Shown here piece after piece: positions 9,528-19,338 of a DNA stretch of 64,000 bases; within the stretch, counting starts at the first letter, position 1, and each line of letters begins with the position of its first letter. This DNA comes from Acutalibacteraceae bacterium (GTDB lineage: Bacteria > Bacillota > Clostridia > Oscillospirales > Acutalibacteraceae): NCBI GenBank assembly GCA_045589815.1, contig JAZNPT010000054.1, positions 10,723 through 74,722 of the forward strand, in the 5' to 3' direction. The notes beneath the pieces were generated by a model that saw nothing but the letters and a program-made list of their open reading frames with translations, was not told the origin of the DNA and did no database searches. Both the position numbers and the translations under genes were made by a program.

Positions 9528-9983
9528 TTAGAAAAGTCCGGAAAATTTAACCATGAAAACAGAAACACACAGGCCGACAATGAAGCCGCCGATGATTTCA
9601 GGGATGGTGTGACCTTCAACCTTCTTAACGTCTTGGGCTTCCTTGCCGCAAACCTTGCCTTGAAGTCTGTTGAACGCATCGGTCAGCCTGCTGATGGGGA
9701 GCCTGACTTTTACGGCATCAAACATAACAATAAAAGCAAAAACGCCGCATGCGGCAAAAATATCCGAATCAAAGCCGTTGCGAAGCGCAATGCAGCCGCA
9801 AAGGGCGATAACGGTTGCCGTGTGGGAGCTGGGCATTCCGCCGAGCTTAAACAGGGTTTCAATTGTCACTTTTCCTCGTGCAAGACCTTTTCTTTTGCCG
9901 TTGTAGTATTTAACCGTATTGATAATAACTTTAATTAATTGGGCAATAAACCAAGCAATAAGGCAAACAATAAATATTTTCAT
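9528..9983 (-). CDS. Divergent PAP2 family protein (DUF212/YuiD-like)
   Basis: GGMPSSH, VMFDA and GHT..E...G motifs; hydrophobic. Confidence 0.88.
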   Translation of the reverse strand: MKIFIVCLIAWFIAQLIKVIINTVKYYNGKRKGLARGKVTIETLFKLGGMPSSHTATVIALCGCIALRNGFDSDIFAACGVFAFIVMFDAVKVRLPISRLTDAFNRLQGKVCGKEAQDVKKVEGHTIPEIIGGFIVGLCVSVFMVKFSGLF

Positions 9984-10058
9984 TATAAAAATAACTCCTC
10001 ATAAAACACAATTCAGTTAATTGTACAATATTGACTGACAAAAAGCAATACTTTTTTC

Positions 10059-10088
10059 TTGAAAAAAGTGAGTCATTTGTGTTAAAAT
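10059..10088 (+). promoter_or_regulatory. sigmaA promoter of the acyl-CoA ligase gene
   Basis: TTGAAA-18 bp-TAAAAT with a TGn extension. Confidence 0.55.
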
Positions 10089-10140
10089 GTCGATATTCGG
10101 TTTTAAGCGCAGAAAAAATAAAATATTAACGGGGGTTAAT

Positions 10141-11778
10141 ATGAAAAAAAAGAAAACAAATGCGGCAAACGCAAATTCACCAACATACTCAACCGTTAAA
10201 GAAATTATCGTTACCGGCGCAAAAAAAGGCGGGGACAAAAGACAGTATGTTTTCCTTGATAAGAATAAAAAAGAGTGCGAAAGAACCTTCAGGCAGACTT
10301 GGAATGAGATAAACGCAATCGGAACATATTTCTATCTCAAAGGTCTTAACGGCAAAAAGAAGATTGCGATTATCGGTGAGAACTGCTTTGAGTGGATGAT
10401 TGTATATTATGCTACCCTTGTCGGCGGTAATATAACAGTTCCTATGGATTGCAAGCTTCCTGCTGAAGACCTTGCAGACCAGCTTATCCGCTGCGACTGC
10501 GATGCGTTGGTTTATACGGGCAAGTTCGTCAATATGGTTGAAGAATTCAAGGCTGATCCCAACATGCCTGAAATGCAGTATTTCAACATAAGCGATGATT
10601 ATGAGGCATTTATCAGCGAAGGCAAGGCTGCTGTTGATGCGGGCGACACTTCTCTTGTTGATGCTGTGGTTGAACCCGAGGATCTCGCATGCATTGCTTA
10701 CACATCCGGAACAACGGCAAAGAGCAAGGGTGTTATGCTCACTCATAAGAACATTGCAAGCAACTGTTCATCCGCTTGCCGTGCGCACACCGGCAGACAC
10801 GCCATCGGCTTCCTTCCTCTTAACCATACTTATGCATGGGTAAGCGCACTTTTTTCATCTTATATTTTGACCGAATGGGGTTACCTCTGCGACGGTATCG
10901 GTAACATTCAGGGCGATCTTAAAAAATATCATCCCTACAACTTCTCGGGCGTTCCCCTTGTTGTTGAAACCATCTATGACCGTATCTGGAAAACGGCAAG
11001 AAAAACAGGCAGAGAGGAAATTCTTAAAAAAGGTCTTAAAATCAGCAAAACCCTTATGAAATTGGGAATTGACAGAAGACGTAAGATATTCAAGACCATT
11101 ATTGATAATCTCGGCGGCAACCTCAACATGATTGTTTGCGGCGGTGCAAACCTTGATCCCAAATATGAAGAAGGTATGCATGATTTCGGCATCGAAATCT
11201 ACAATGGCTATGGCATGACCGAGTGCTCTCCCGCAATAACATGCAACCGCCCGGGCAAATTCAAGTTCGGAAGTGTCGGAACTCCGCTTGATTGCTGCGA
11301 AATTAAAATCAACAACCCCGATGAAGACGGTGTTGGCGAAATTTATGTTAAGGGCGACAATGTTATGGCCGGTTACTACGGTGAACCCGAAGCAACAGCG
11401 GCTGCGTTTGACGGCGAGTGGTTCAAAACAGGCGACCACGGCAGAATTGACAGGGACGGCTTCCTCTTTATGGTTGGCAGAAAGAAAAATCTCATCTGCC
11501 TTTCCAACGGCAAAAACGTTTCTCCCGAAGAGCTTGAAGACAAGCTCTCAAGAATCGACTATGTTAAAGAAGTTCTTGTTTATGAAGAAGATGAAAGAAT
11601 TGTTGCCGAGTTTTTCCTTAACGAAGAGGACTATCCCGATGCAAGGGACAGAATAAACGGCGATGTTCAGGAGTTCAACCGCAACATGCCTTTGTTTAAA
11701 AACATAAACAAGGTTAAAGTACGCGATGATGAGTTTCCTAAGACAACAACCCTCAAGATTGCAAGAAACTATAATTAA
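10141..11778 (+). CDS. Long-chain fatty acid-CoA (or acyl-ACP) ligase, AMP-binding family
   Basis: YTSGTTAKSKG, GYGMTE, FKTGD and GRKKNLI motifs; start moved to ATG 10141 behind a GGGGG RBS. Confidence 0.9.
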   Translation: MKKKKTNAANANSPTYSTVKEIIVTGAKKGGDKRQYVFLDKNKKECERTFRQTWNEINAIGTYFYLKGLNGKKKIAIIGENCFEWMIVYYATLVGGNITVPMDCKLPAEDLADQLIRCDCDALVYTGKFVNMVEEFKADPNMPEMQYFNISDDYEAFISEGKAAVDAGDTSLVDAVVEPEDLACIAYTSGTTAKSKGVMLTHKNIASNCSSACRAHTGRHAIGFLPLNHTYAWVSALFSSYILTEWGYLCDGIGNIQGDLKKYHPYNFSGVPLVVETIYDRIWKTARKTGREEILKKGLKISKTLMKLGIDRRRKIFKTIIDNLGGNLNMIVCGGANLDPKYEEGMHDFGIEIYNGYGMTECSPAITCNRPGKFKFGSVGTPLDCCEIKINNPDEDGVGEIYVKGDNVMAGYYGEPEATAAAFDGEWFKTGDHGRIDRDGFLFMVGRKKNLICLSNGKNVSPEELEDKLSRIDYVKEVLVYEEDERIVAEFFLNEEDYPDARDRINGDVQEFNRNMPLFKNINKVKVRDDEFPKTTTLKIARNYN

Positions 11779-11784
11779 CATAAC

Positions 11785-11815
11785 AAAAGACGGCTGCAAT
11801 TGCGGCCGTCTTTTT
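11785..11815. terminator. Bidirectional terminator
   Basis: AAAAGACGGCTGCA-at-TGCGGCCGTCTTTT between convergent genes. Confidence 0.85.
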
Positions 11816-11820
11816 CTGTA

Positions 11821-12324
11821 TCATATATCAATAATTTTTGGTGTTATATTCAGCGCAGGGAGCATTTTTTCAGTTAAATCGCTTGTTTTGATTTTTAAGG
11901 TTGCAGTATTGTCACTCGGATGACAGCACAGAAACTCGTTGTCCAATATCTCGCTGTCAATCGCTAAAAAAACACTTTTTTCTTTGTCAAAAACAAGGCT
12001 TGTAACGCTAAGAGAACCGGGCGAGGTGTTAAGGATATTTTCCATAGCCTCAGTGCCTGCAAAAGAAAGCCTTGATGTTCCGAGTTTTTTTGAAACGTCC
12101 CCGGTAACAAATTTTTTGTTTCCCTTAATCATCAACAGATATCTTACGCTTCCCGAGGTTGTTTGCAAAAACAGATTCTTGCAGATTTCTCCGCCGATAA
12201 GATTCTCTATTTTTTGACATTCTTCAATTGTGAAAGCAGCAGTATGTGAGAAAATCTCAAATTTAATGCCGATATTGTTAAGAAATTCGCAAACAGTGGT
12301 TGCTTTTTTGCTTAAATTGTTCAT
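11821..12324 (-). CDS. YbaK/ProX (PrdX-like) aminoacyl-tRNA editing protein
   Basis: CKNLFL, RLSFA, PGSLS and CCHPSDNT motifs; start moved to ATG 12324. Confidence 0.88.
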   Translation of the reverse strand: MNNLSKKATTVCEFLNNIGIKFEIFSHTAAFTIEECQKIENLIGGEICKNLFLQTTSGSVRYLLMIKGNKKFVTGDVSKKLGTSRLSFAGTEAMENILNTSPGSLSVTSLVFDKEKSVFLAIDSEILDNEFLCCHPSDNTATLKIKTSDLTEKMLPALNITPKIIDI

Positions 12325-12325
12325 A

Positions 12326-13180
12326 TCAATTATAAAATGCGGATTCATAGCTTGCGGTATCAATTTTAATGGATTTCCATGGTCCGCTGCTGCAATCCTC
12401 ATGAGTCAGAATTCCGTCCTCAAAGATGTGAATGTTGGAAAACTGCGATTTACCTTTTGAAAGCACCCATTGCCTACCGATTGATTCCTCGGGAATCGGG
12501 AATATGCTTTCTTCGATTGAAAATGCGCCGTTTCTCAGTTCTCCGCATGCAAAATAAACTATTTTACCATCGCTGTCAAACTCAATATAACAGCGGGTTG
12601 TGTTGCTTTGAATGATATAGGCGCCGTTTTCCGCTTTTAAAAATTCAAGGAATTCTTTAATGTGTTCGCCTTCGCCATCCTCGGTTTTGAAAACATAGCG
12701 AAAGCTGTCAGCCTTTTTATTGTATTCAGCAGAATACGCTTCAGTCAGCTCTTCTGAAACAAACTTAAGGGAAAAGCTCGTTTCACCGTCGGATTCAAAA
12801 ACAATATCTGCTCCGTTGCTCATAAGCTTATAGAAGTTTTTAGCTTCTTCATCGGTCATATCCGAACGAAAGCCCTCTGTGATTTCAAACGAAGAAACAA
12901 CAAACGGTTCAAAAGCTGTGTGAATATAATCGTTTTCAAGAAAATATTCATCGGGGTTTTGAACTCTGATTGCTTTGTTATGCCCGCTTTCGGGCACGCT
13001 GACCTTTGCTTTCATGGCTGAAATTACGCTTGAAAATCTTTCAAGGCTGCCTGCAAAGGTTTTTTCTGTGTTGGTTATGTTAAGCATATCTGCGGTTATT
13101 ATTTTTCTGCTGTCGTCATTGCTTGAGCAGGAGCACAGCAAAAAAACAAGAACTGCAATCAGACATAAGCATTTTTTCAT
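12326..13180 (-). CDS. Hypothetical lipoprotein (284 aa)
   Basis: MKK start with lipobox LCSC; fills the gap between nrdR and proX; no family recognised. Confidence 0.7.
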   Translation of the reverse strand: MKKCLCLIAVLVFLLCSCSSNDDSRKIITADMLNITNTEKTFAGSLERFSSVISAMKAKVSVPESGHNKAIRVQNPDEYFLENDYIHTAFEPFVVSSFEITEGFRSDMTDEEAKNFYKLMSNGADIVFESDGETSFSLKFVSEELTEAYSAEYNKKADSFRYVFKTEDGEGEHIKEFLEFLKAENGAYIIQSNTTRCYIEFDSDGKIVYFACGELRNGAFSIEESIFPIPEESIGRQWVLSKGKSQFSNIHIFEDGILTHEDCSSGPWKSIKIDTASYESAFYN

Positions 13181-13184
13181 CGTT

Positions 13185-13640
13185 TTATTTTTCCTGGAGC
13201 AGCTTTGCAAGTTCGTCCATAAAGGTGTTGATATCCTTGAACTGTCTGTAAACTGAAGCAAAGCGAACATAAGCAACCTCATCAAGATCCCTGAGCTTAT
13301 CCATTGCAAGTTCGCCGATATGAACGGAGGTTACTTCTCGGTCAAGTGAGTTTTGAAGAGTTGCTTCTATTTCGTTGACGGCGGTTTCAAGCTTTTCAAG
13401 AGAAACCGGTCTCTTTTCACAAGCCCTGAGCATGCCGTTAAAGAGCTTGTTGCGGTCAAAAACTTCTCTTGACTTGTCTTTTTTAACAACGATTACCGGA
13501 ACACTTTCAATAACCTCATAAGTGGTGAAGCGCTTCTGGCAGCTTATGCATTCTCTGCGGCGGCGGATGCGCTCGCCCTCATCAGTTGGTCTTGAATCGA
13601 TAACCTTGCTTTCTTCACAGCCGCAAAACGGACATTTCAT
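13185..13640 (-). CDS. nrdR: Transcriptional repressor NrdR
   Basis: MKCPFCG...[17 protein letters not shown] zinc ribbon, ATP-cone, [14 protein letters not shown]. Confidence 0.97.
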   Translation of the reverse strand: MKCPFCGCEESKVIDSRPTDEGERIRRRRECISCQKRFTTYEVIESVPVIVVKKDKSREVFDRNKLFNGMLRACEKRPVSLEKLETAVNEIEATLQNSLDREVTSVHIGELAMDKLRDLDEVAYVRFASVYRQFKDINTFMDELAKLLQEK

Positions 13641-13660
13641 AGCTAAAACACTCCTTATGT

Positions 13661-14398
13661 TTATTGTTTTTTGATTCCTGTTTGTTTGATTTTTTTGCCG
13701 CAAAGCTCAATGCTTTTTCTGGCAAGCGTAACGAGCGAATCCACAATGGTTTCGTCGGCGATGCTGTAGTCACGGTAGATTATTGAAAGCTCGGTGCAGC
13801 CGAGCACAACGCAGTCGCACCCTCTTCTTTTAAGATTGTTTATTATTCGCCAAAAGCTTTCAATATCAACGCTTTTACCTGCTTTAACCTGGTTATAAAT
13901 TATTTCCATGAGGATTTCGGTGTCCTCATCATCGGGAACGGCATAGTCAAGGCCGTGCTTTTGAAGCATGGTTTGGTATGCACCTGAAACAAGTGTTCCC
14001 TTTGTGGCAAGTATGCCAACCTTTTTTGCATTGGGAACGGTGTTCTTTATGTAAAGAACCGTTTCTTCGATTATGTTGATTATGTGAGTATCGACCGCTT
14101 TTTGGATTTCATCATAGAAAAAATGAGCAGTGTTACAGGGGATAACAATGTAGTCCGCACCGGCCTTCTGCAGGGTTTTTGCATCCTCAATCATCTGCGG
14201 CAGAGGGTTCGGCTCGCTTGGGTCAAGTATGTAATTGGTGCGGTCATGTATTGCGGCATGGTTGAGAATAATCATTGAAACATGCTGCTGGTCGGTTTCG
14301 GCGTCGGTGAGCCTTATAACAAGCTCGGCAAAATATATGGTTGCAAGAGGACCGACTCCTCCAAGCACGCCGAGCTTTAACTCTTTGTTTTCGCTCAT
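13661..14398 (-). CDS. Aspartate racemase (Asp/Glu racemase family, RacD-like)
   Basis: [15 protein letters not shown] and LGCTEL two-cysteine racemase motifs. Confidence 0.9.
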   Translation of the reverse strand: MSENKELKLGVLGGVGPLATIYFAELVIRLTDAETDQQHVSMIILNHAAIHDRTNYILDPSEPNPLPQMIEDAKTLQKAGADYIVIPCNTAHFFYDEIQKAVDTHIINIIEETVLYIKNTVPNAKKVGILATKGTLVSGAYQTMLQKHGLDYAVPDDEDTEILMEIIYNQVKAGKSVDIESFWRIINNLKRRGCDCVVLGCTELSIIYRDYSIADETIVDSLVTLARKSIELCGKKIKQTGIKKQ

Positions 14399-14405
14399 TT
14401 AATCA

Positions 14406-15617
14406 CTATCCGTAAATTTTGTATTTTCTGATTTGATTATAGAAAACGGCGTTGGTATAGAAAATTCTTTTCGGGTTTTTATCTGCCTTGTATTTTATCG
14501 GGAAGGTCCAGTTGCCTTCTTTCATTAGTTCGAGGGCTCTGTTTTTCAATTCTTCGTCGTGAACATAGTTCTTGATAACATATTTCGGAACGAGAGAGAA
14601 GAGATGTTCCTTATTCGCAACGGTATATTCAAGGTCTTTTTCATAAATTAGGTCATCAACAATCCATTTAACGGTGTTGAAGCCGCTGGCGGTAACATAA
14701 AAATTGCTTCTGCCGAGGCGAACATTAATTTCAAAGAATTTGAATTTGCCGTCTCTTGTATCATATTTTATGTCAAAATTTGCAAAACCGGTGTATCCGA
14801 TATGTTCAAGAAATTTTGTTGCGGCGGCAACGATTTGGTCATTAACTTCGTTAATGATGACAACGGGGTTTCCGATTGCCGAGGGGGTGTGATCCTCCAG
14901 CAAAACGTGGCCGAGTGAGGCGAATTTAACCTTTGAATTTCTGTCACAGTAGCAGGTGAGAACTCTCATGTAAGTGTCATCACCGGGAATGCAGTCCTGA
15001 ATCAGGAATTTGTAGTTATAGTCTGTTTTTTCAAGCTTGGCAAGCATATCGTCAAGCTCTTGCCTTGTTTTGAATCTGAAAACCTTGCGCTTGCCGTCAA
15101 ATTTTGCATAATGATACATTGCGCTGTTGGCGGGCTTTGCAATAATCGGATATTCAAAATCGAAGTCCATCGCGTTTTCTTCGCCGCAGTTATAAACGTA
15201 AGTTCTCGGGTAATCAATGCCGAGTTCTTCGCATATTTCATAAAACTTGTCTTTAAGAACAATTTTGTTAAGAAGCTCCTCGTCGATATAAGGAATAACA
15301 TAGTATTCGCTGAGAACGGGTTTGTTTTCAATAAGGATTCTGACATACCAGTCTCCGCAGCCCATAACAATCAGCTTCTTTTTGCCCTTGAACTCTTTGC
15401 CGACTTCAATAAGGGTTTGAACAAGTGTATCCTTATTTTCAAGGCCGGGGAATACGCGGTTTTCAATGATGTCGCTGTTGGCGATATATTCGCATTTTTT
15501 CATGCTGAGAACAAGGGATTTTATTTTATATTCTTCATGAAAGCTTCTTGCAAGGCTGTACGCAGTAAAATCCGCACCCAGAATAACAGGCAAAAACTCT
15601 TTTTCCTCAAACTCCAT
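14406..15617 (-). CDS. ATP-grasp carboxylate-amine ligase, D-aspartate ligase (Asl/YxbA-like)
   Basis: PVILGAD...YSLARSFHEEY, KPANS, Q.CIPGDD and FFEINVRLGRSNFY motifs; adjacent Asp racemase. Confidence 0.85.
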   Translation of the reverse strand: MEFEEKEFLPVILGADFTAYSLARSFHEEYKIKSLVLSMKKCEYIANSDIIENRVFPGLENKDTLVQTLIEVGKEFKGKKKLIVMGCGDWYVRILIENKPVLSEYYVIPYIDEELLNKIVLKDKFYEICEELGIDYPRTYVYNCGEENAMDFDFEYPIIAKPANSAMYHYAKFDGKRKVFRFKTRQELDDMLAKLEKTDYNYKFLIQDCIPGDDTYMRVLTCYCDRNSKVKFASLGHVLLEDHTPSAIGNPVVIINEVNDQIVAAATKFLEHIGYTGFANFDIKYDTRDGKFKFFEINVRLGRSNFYVTASGFNTVKWIVDDLIYEKDLEYTVANKEHLFSLVPKYVIKNYVHDEELKNRALELMKEGNWTFPIKYKADKNPKRIFYTNAVFYNQIRKYKIYG

Positions 15618-15648
15618 TTTTTACAACTCCATATACAAACTTATAATC

Positions 15649-15677
15649 ATTATATTACATTTAAAGCCGAATTGCAA
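15649..15677 (-). promoter_or_regulatory. sigmaA promoter of the D-Asp ligase-racemase-nrdR operon
   Basis: TTGCAA-17 bp-TATAAT on the minus strand. Confidence 0.7.
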
Positions 15678-15695
15678 GGTTGCCGCAACCGATTT

Positions 15696-16469
15696 TTATA
15701 AATTTTCAATATACTTAAGAGCTTCTGCCAAGTCTTTGCTGCTCTCAAAATTGCTGCGATAAAGTTCGATTATATAATCGCCTTTGTAGTTTGCCGAGCT
15801 CATAACGGAAAACAGCTTTTTGAAATCGAAATTTCCTTTGGCAGGCGGCAGACAGTCGTTGCAGGAATTGTGGTCGCTCAAATGAATGTGAACTATGCTT
15901 TCTTTGAATTCTTCCGCAAAGGCAATGGGTGAATAACCGGCCCTGAATGCCTGCTTAACATCAAATATCAGCTTGAACTCACTGCCGAGAGCAGCTCTCA
16001 TTTTTCTTAAAAAATCGGGGCTTTCGCTGAAGTGACGGTTAACGTTTTCCTGCCCAACGGTAACCCCGAATTCCTTGCCTGCTTGCGAAAGCTTCATGAA
16101 ACGCTCAAAATATTCGTTATCCGTAATTTTACCCGGAAGCAAAGAACCGTGTATAACGGAGAATTCGGCTCCGACGGCGCTTGTTACCTCAAAGCTGCGT
16201 TTGTAAAAATCCAGCATATCGTCAAAACGCCTTTTGTATTCGCTGAAAAGCATGTAAGTTTCGGCAAATGATGAAAAAGGATGAACAGAAACTATTTTCA
16301 TTCCGTATTCATCAGATATTCTGTTGAGAATTTTTGCGAATTCAAGGGTTGTTTCACTCGGCGAATTCAAAAAAACCTCGCAGGTTTTAACGCCGAGCTT
16401 TGCAAGCTCTTCAAGCGATTTTTCGGTTTCTTGCGGGTAAAGGCACGATGTTGAAATTCCGAAAGCCAT
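15696..16469 (-). CDS. Sugar phosphate isomerase/epimerase (AP endonuclease 2 TIM barrel)
   Basis: QENV, IFDVKQA, HIHLSD and DYIIELY metal-site motifs. Confidence 0.85.
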   Translation of the reverse strand: MAFGISTSCLYPQETEKSLEELAKLGVKTCEVFLNSPSETTLEFAKILNRISDEYGMKIVSVHPFSSFAETYMLFSEYKRRFDDMLDFYKRSFEVTSAVGAEFSVIHGSLLPGKITDNEYFERFMKLSQAGKEFGVTVGQENVNRHFSESPDFLRKMRAALGSEFKLIFDVKQAFRAGYSPIAFAEEFKESIVHIHLSDHNSCNDCLPPAKGNFDFKKLFSVMSSANYKGDYIIELYRSNFESSKDLAEALKYIENL

Positions 16470-16502
16470 TTTATCAAATCCTTGGTTGGTAATATTTTAG
16501 GT

Positions 16503-16531
16503 TTGAACACGGCTGAACCGTGATGTATAAT
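16503..16531 (+). promoter_or_regulatory. sigmaA promoter of the small membrane protein gene
   Basis: TTGAAC-17 bp-TATAAT. Confidence 0.6.
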
Positions 16532-16552
16532 CTGCATATAAGGAGGTCAGCC

Positions 16553-16804
16553 ATGAAAGCGATATTTAAGGGACTTCACCGCCCTGCACGCAGAACATTC
16601 GTTATCGGGTGGTTGATAGTTGCCGCCGTTGTTGCCGCCTCGACTGTGCTTTACATAGGGGCAGGCAGGGTGTTCGATTATTATTCTTCCGTTGAAATCA
16701 GCGAAAAGCTGCTTGCGAGCGCAAGACCTGTTTCGATAGGTGTTTGCGTTTCAGCGCTCGGCTTGGAGTATTATTCTAAACGAAACAAAAGCTCAACACG
16801 CTGA
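16553..16804 (+). CDS. Small hypothetical membrane protein (83 aa)
   Basis: AAGGAGG RBS 5 nt before ATG 16553; one clear and one possible hydrophobic segment; has its own promoter and terminator. Confidence 0.7.
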   Translation: MKAIFKGLHRPARRTFVIGWLIVAAVVAASTVLYIGAGRVFDYYSSVEISEKLLASARPVSIGVCVSALGLEYYSKRNKSSTR

Positions 16805-16834
16805 ATTATACCACAGCGATATTTTTATTTCAAG

Positions 16835-16872
16835 AAAGTCGGGAAAAACGTGAGTTTTTTCTCGACTTTTTT
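16835..16872 (+). terminator. Terminator after the small membrane gene
   Basis: AAAGTCGGGAAAAA...TTTTTCTCGACTTT stem followed by a T-run. Confidence 0.65.
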
Positions 16873-16936
16873 ACTTTAATGTGTTATGATACCCTTGTAT
16901 TAATGCGGTATTGCCCGTGTAACAGGAGGAATTGCT

Positions 16937-17932
16937 ATGCTCAAAGTTGCCATGCTTTCAAAATGGCATGTCCACGCAGAAGGATATGCCCGTGATTTTC
17001 TAAAGACTAAAAAGGCGGAAATAACCGCTGTTTGGGATGAAAAGTCCGAAAGAGGAGCATCCTGGGCGGAAAAGCTTGGCTGCGATTTTGAAGCTGATCT
17101 TGATGCTCTGCTTGCAAGAGAAGATGTTGACGCAGTTTGCTGCTGCGCACCGACAACCATGCACAAGGAAGTGCTTATCAAGGCTGCCAAGGCAGGAAAG
17201 CATATTTTTACCGAAAAAACACTTGCATGCACGGTTGAAGAGTGCCGCGAAATCGCAAAGGCAGTTGAGGAAAACGGTGTAACCTTTACTATTTCGTTCC
17301 CCCATAAGGCTTGGCCTGCTGTCAGATTTGCAAAAGAACATATTGAAAGCGGCGATTTCGGCAAAGTTACAAACGTCAGAATCCGCAATGCCCACAACGG
17401 CGTCAGCGGAAAGTGGCTGCCCGAATATTGGTTTGTTAAAGAGGATTGCGCAGGCGGTGCAATGATGGATCTGGGCTGCCATCCGATGTATCTTTTATCC
17501 TATCTCTGCGGCAAGCCCAAGAAAATAACGGGCATTGCAAATTCCGTTTTCGGAACTCCCGTTGACGAAAATGCAATTTCGGTTATCGAATTCGAAAACG
17601 GTGCCATCGGAGTTTCAGAAACCTCGTTTCTCGCCTTTTCATCACCCTATACCATTGAGGTTCACGGCACGGAAGGCATCTTCCTTTGGCGCGGCAACAA
17701 TGATATGAAATATAAGACCGTTGAAACCGCAAAGCTCAACAAGGGCTTCATCACGCCCGATGTTATGCCTGATGACGGCGGATATCCGATAGACCTTTTT
17801 GTTGATGCCTGCATCAACGGCACGGGGTCGCCCGACGGCTTGGGAATGCAGGATGCCATTGAGCTTGCCTGCCTTCTTGAAAATTCTTATATAGCTTATG
17901 AAACAGGAAAAACTGTTGAAGTTAAGGAGTAA
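16937..17932 (+). CDS. Gfo/Idh/MocA family oxidoreductase
   Basis: APTTMH, AGKHIFTEK and GGAMMDLGCH motifs. Confidence 0.92.
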   Translation: MLKVAMLSKWHVHAEGYARDFLKTKKAEITAVWDEKSERGASWAEKLGCDFEADLDALLAREDVDAVCCCAPTTMHKEVLIKAAKAGKHIFTEKTLACTVEECREIAKAVEENGVTFTISFPHKAWPAVRFAKEHIESGDFGKVTNVRIRNAHNGVSGKWLPEYWFVKEDCAGGAMMDLGCHPMYLLSYLCGKPKKITGIANSVFGTPVDENAISVIEFENGAIGVSETSFLAFSSPYTIEVHGTEGIFLWRGNNDMKYKTVETAKLNKGFITPDVMPDDGGYPIDLFVDACINGTGSPDGLGMQDAIELACLLENSYIAYETGKTVEVKE

Positions 17933-17938
17933 AAAACA

Positions 17939-19312
17939 ATGAGAACAACGCTTCACTATTATGATATATTTCCCAAGGTTTTCCCTGCAGGGAAAGAAGT
18001 TACAATAACAATCAAGCCTTTGGGAAGCCACGCCGAGTGCAAAGACCCTGAAAAGATTTATCTTGCAATTTACGGCCTCGATGACGGCAACCCCAGAGAT
18101 TATCCCCACAGAAAGAACGGCGCACAGGTTCCGTTTGTGTATGACGGCGAGCTTAGATTTACATATACTTTTCCTCGTGAACAGCAATACTATGTCAGGA
18201 TTTTTGATAAAGAAACAAATAAGAGGCTTCTTCAGATGAGCGTTTATGCCCTTGATGAGGACCTTTGCGGAAGATATCCGCTTATCGGTGATTTGCACAT
18301 GCATACCTGCCGTTCAGACGGCAGACAGTCGCCTCCGATAGTTTGCGCAAACTACAGGAAACATGGCTACGATTTCTTTGCAATAACTGATCATCACCGC
18401 TATTATCCATCGCTTGAAGCGATTGAGGCATATAAAGATGTTCCCATTGAGTTTAACATCTGCCCCGGCGAAGAAGTTCATCTTCCCGACCTCTCGCCTG
18501 ACCATATCAACGATGTTCACATCGTGAATTTCGGCGGAAAATATTCGGTCAACGGAATTCTCAAGGATGAATATGCCGAAGAGTTCGGCAATGACATTGA
18601 TAAGCGCCGATTCGAAGGTTTTCCTTGCCCCGAGGCAATAACCGAAGATGAATACAGAAAAGAAGTTGATGCGCTTGCTGCGACTCTTGATATCCCTGAA
18701 GGGATTGAGCCGTTTACTTACGCAAGCTGCGTGTGGGTGTTTAACCACATCAGAAAGGCGGAGGGCCTTGGCATTTTCTGCCATCCTTATTGGCTTTCAA
18801 ATGTTCATCAGGTGCCCGAAAACATAACTGATTATATGCTCAAGACACATCCGTTTGATGCGTTTGAGGTTCTCGGCGGCGAAAATTATTATGAGCATAA
18901 CGGCTTCCAGACCCACAAATATTATGAAGTGCTCGCAAAGGGATATGAAAAATTCCCCATTGTCGGCAGCACGGACAGCCACAGCTCTGTTAACAACGAA
19001 AATGCCTATGTTGCTTCAACAATGGTATTCTCACCTGCTAATGAAAGAGAGGCAATTATAGATTCAATCAAGAATTTTTATTCGATTGCCATTGACGGCA
19101 TAAGCAAAGAATTCCGTCTTGTCGGTGATTTCAGACTCGCACGTTATGCAACCTTCCTTCTTCAGGATTATTTCCCGCTTCATGACGACCTTTGCTATGA
19201 AGAAGGCAGGGCAATGAAAGATTATGTCTGCGGCATCGAAGGTGCAAAGGAAACTCTTGAGTTTATCAGCGGCAGAGTTCAAAAGCAGAGAGAAAAATAT
19301 TTTGCATTTTAA
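17939..19312 (+). CDS. PHP-domain metallohydrolase with N-terminal extension
   Basis: GDLHMHTCRSDG, AITDH, GEEVH, CHPYW and GSTDSH motifs. Confidence 0.85.
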   Translation: MRTTLHYYDIFPKVFPAGKEVTITIKPLGSHAECKDPEKIYLAIYGLDDGNPRDYPHRKNGAQVPFVYDGELRFTYTFPREQQYYVRIFDKETNKRLLQMSVYALDEDLCGRYPLIGDLHMHTCRSDGRQSPPIVCANYRKHGYDFFAITDHHRYYPSLEAIEAYKDVPIEFNICPGEEVHLPDLSPDHINDVHIVNFGGKYSVNGILKDEYAEEFGNDIDKRRFEGFPCPEAITEDEYRKEVDALAATLDIPEGIEPFTYASCVWVFNHIRKAEGLGIFCHPYWLSNVHQVPENITDYMLKTHPFDAFEVLGGENYYEHNGFQTHKYYEVLAKGYEKFPIVGSTDSHSSVNNENAYVASTMVFSPANEREAIIDSIKNFYSIAIDGISKEFRLVGDFRLARYATFLLQDYFPLHDDLCYEEGRAMKDYVCGIEGAKETLEFISGRVQKQREKYFAF

Positions 19313-19338
19313 AGTAATAAACACATGGAGGTAATGTT

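Noticed and set aside
15060-15701. Long antisense ORFs such as 15060-15701, 17642-18304, 24087-24701, 35520-36191 and 55114-55755
   Set aside because: Each lies opposite a well-supported gene, lacks an RBS and recognisable motifs, and has the composition expected of reverse-frame shadows
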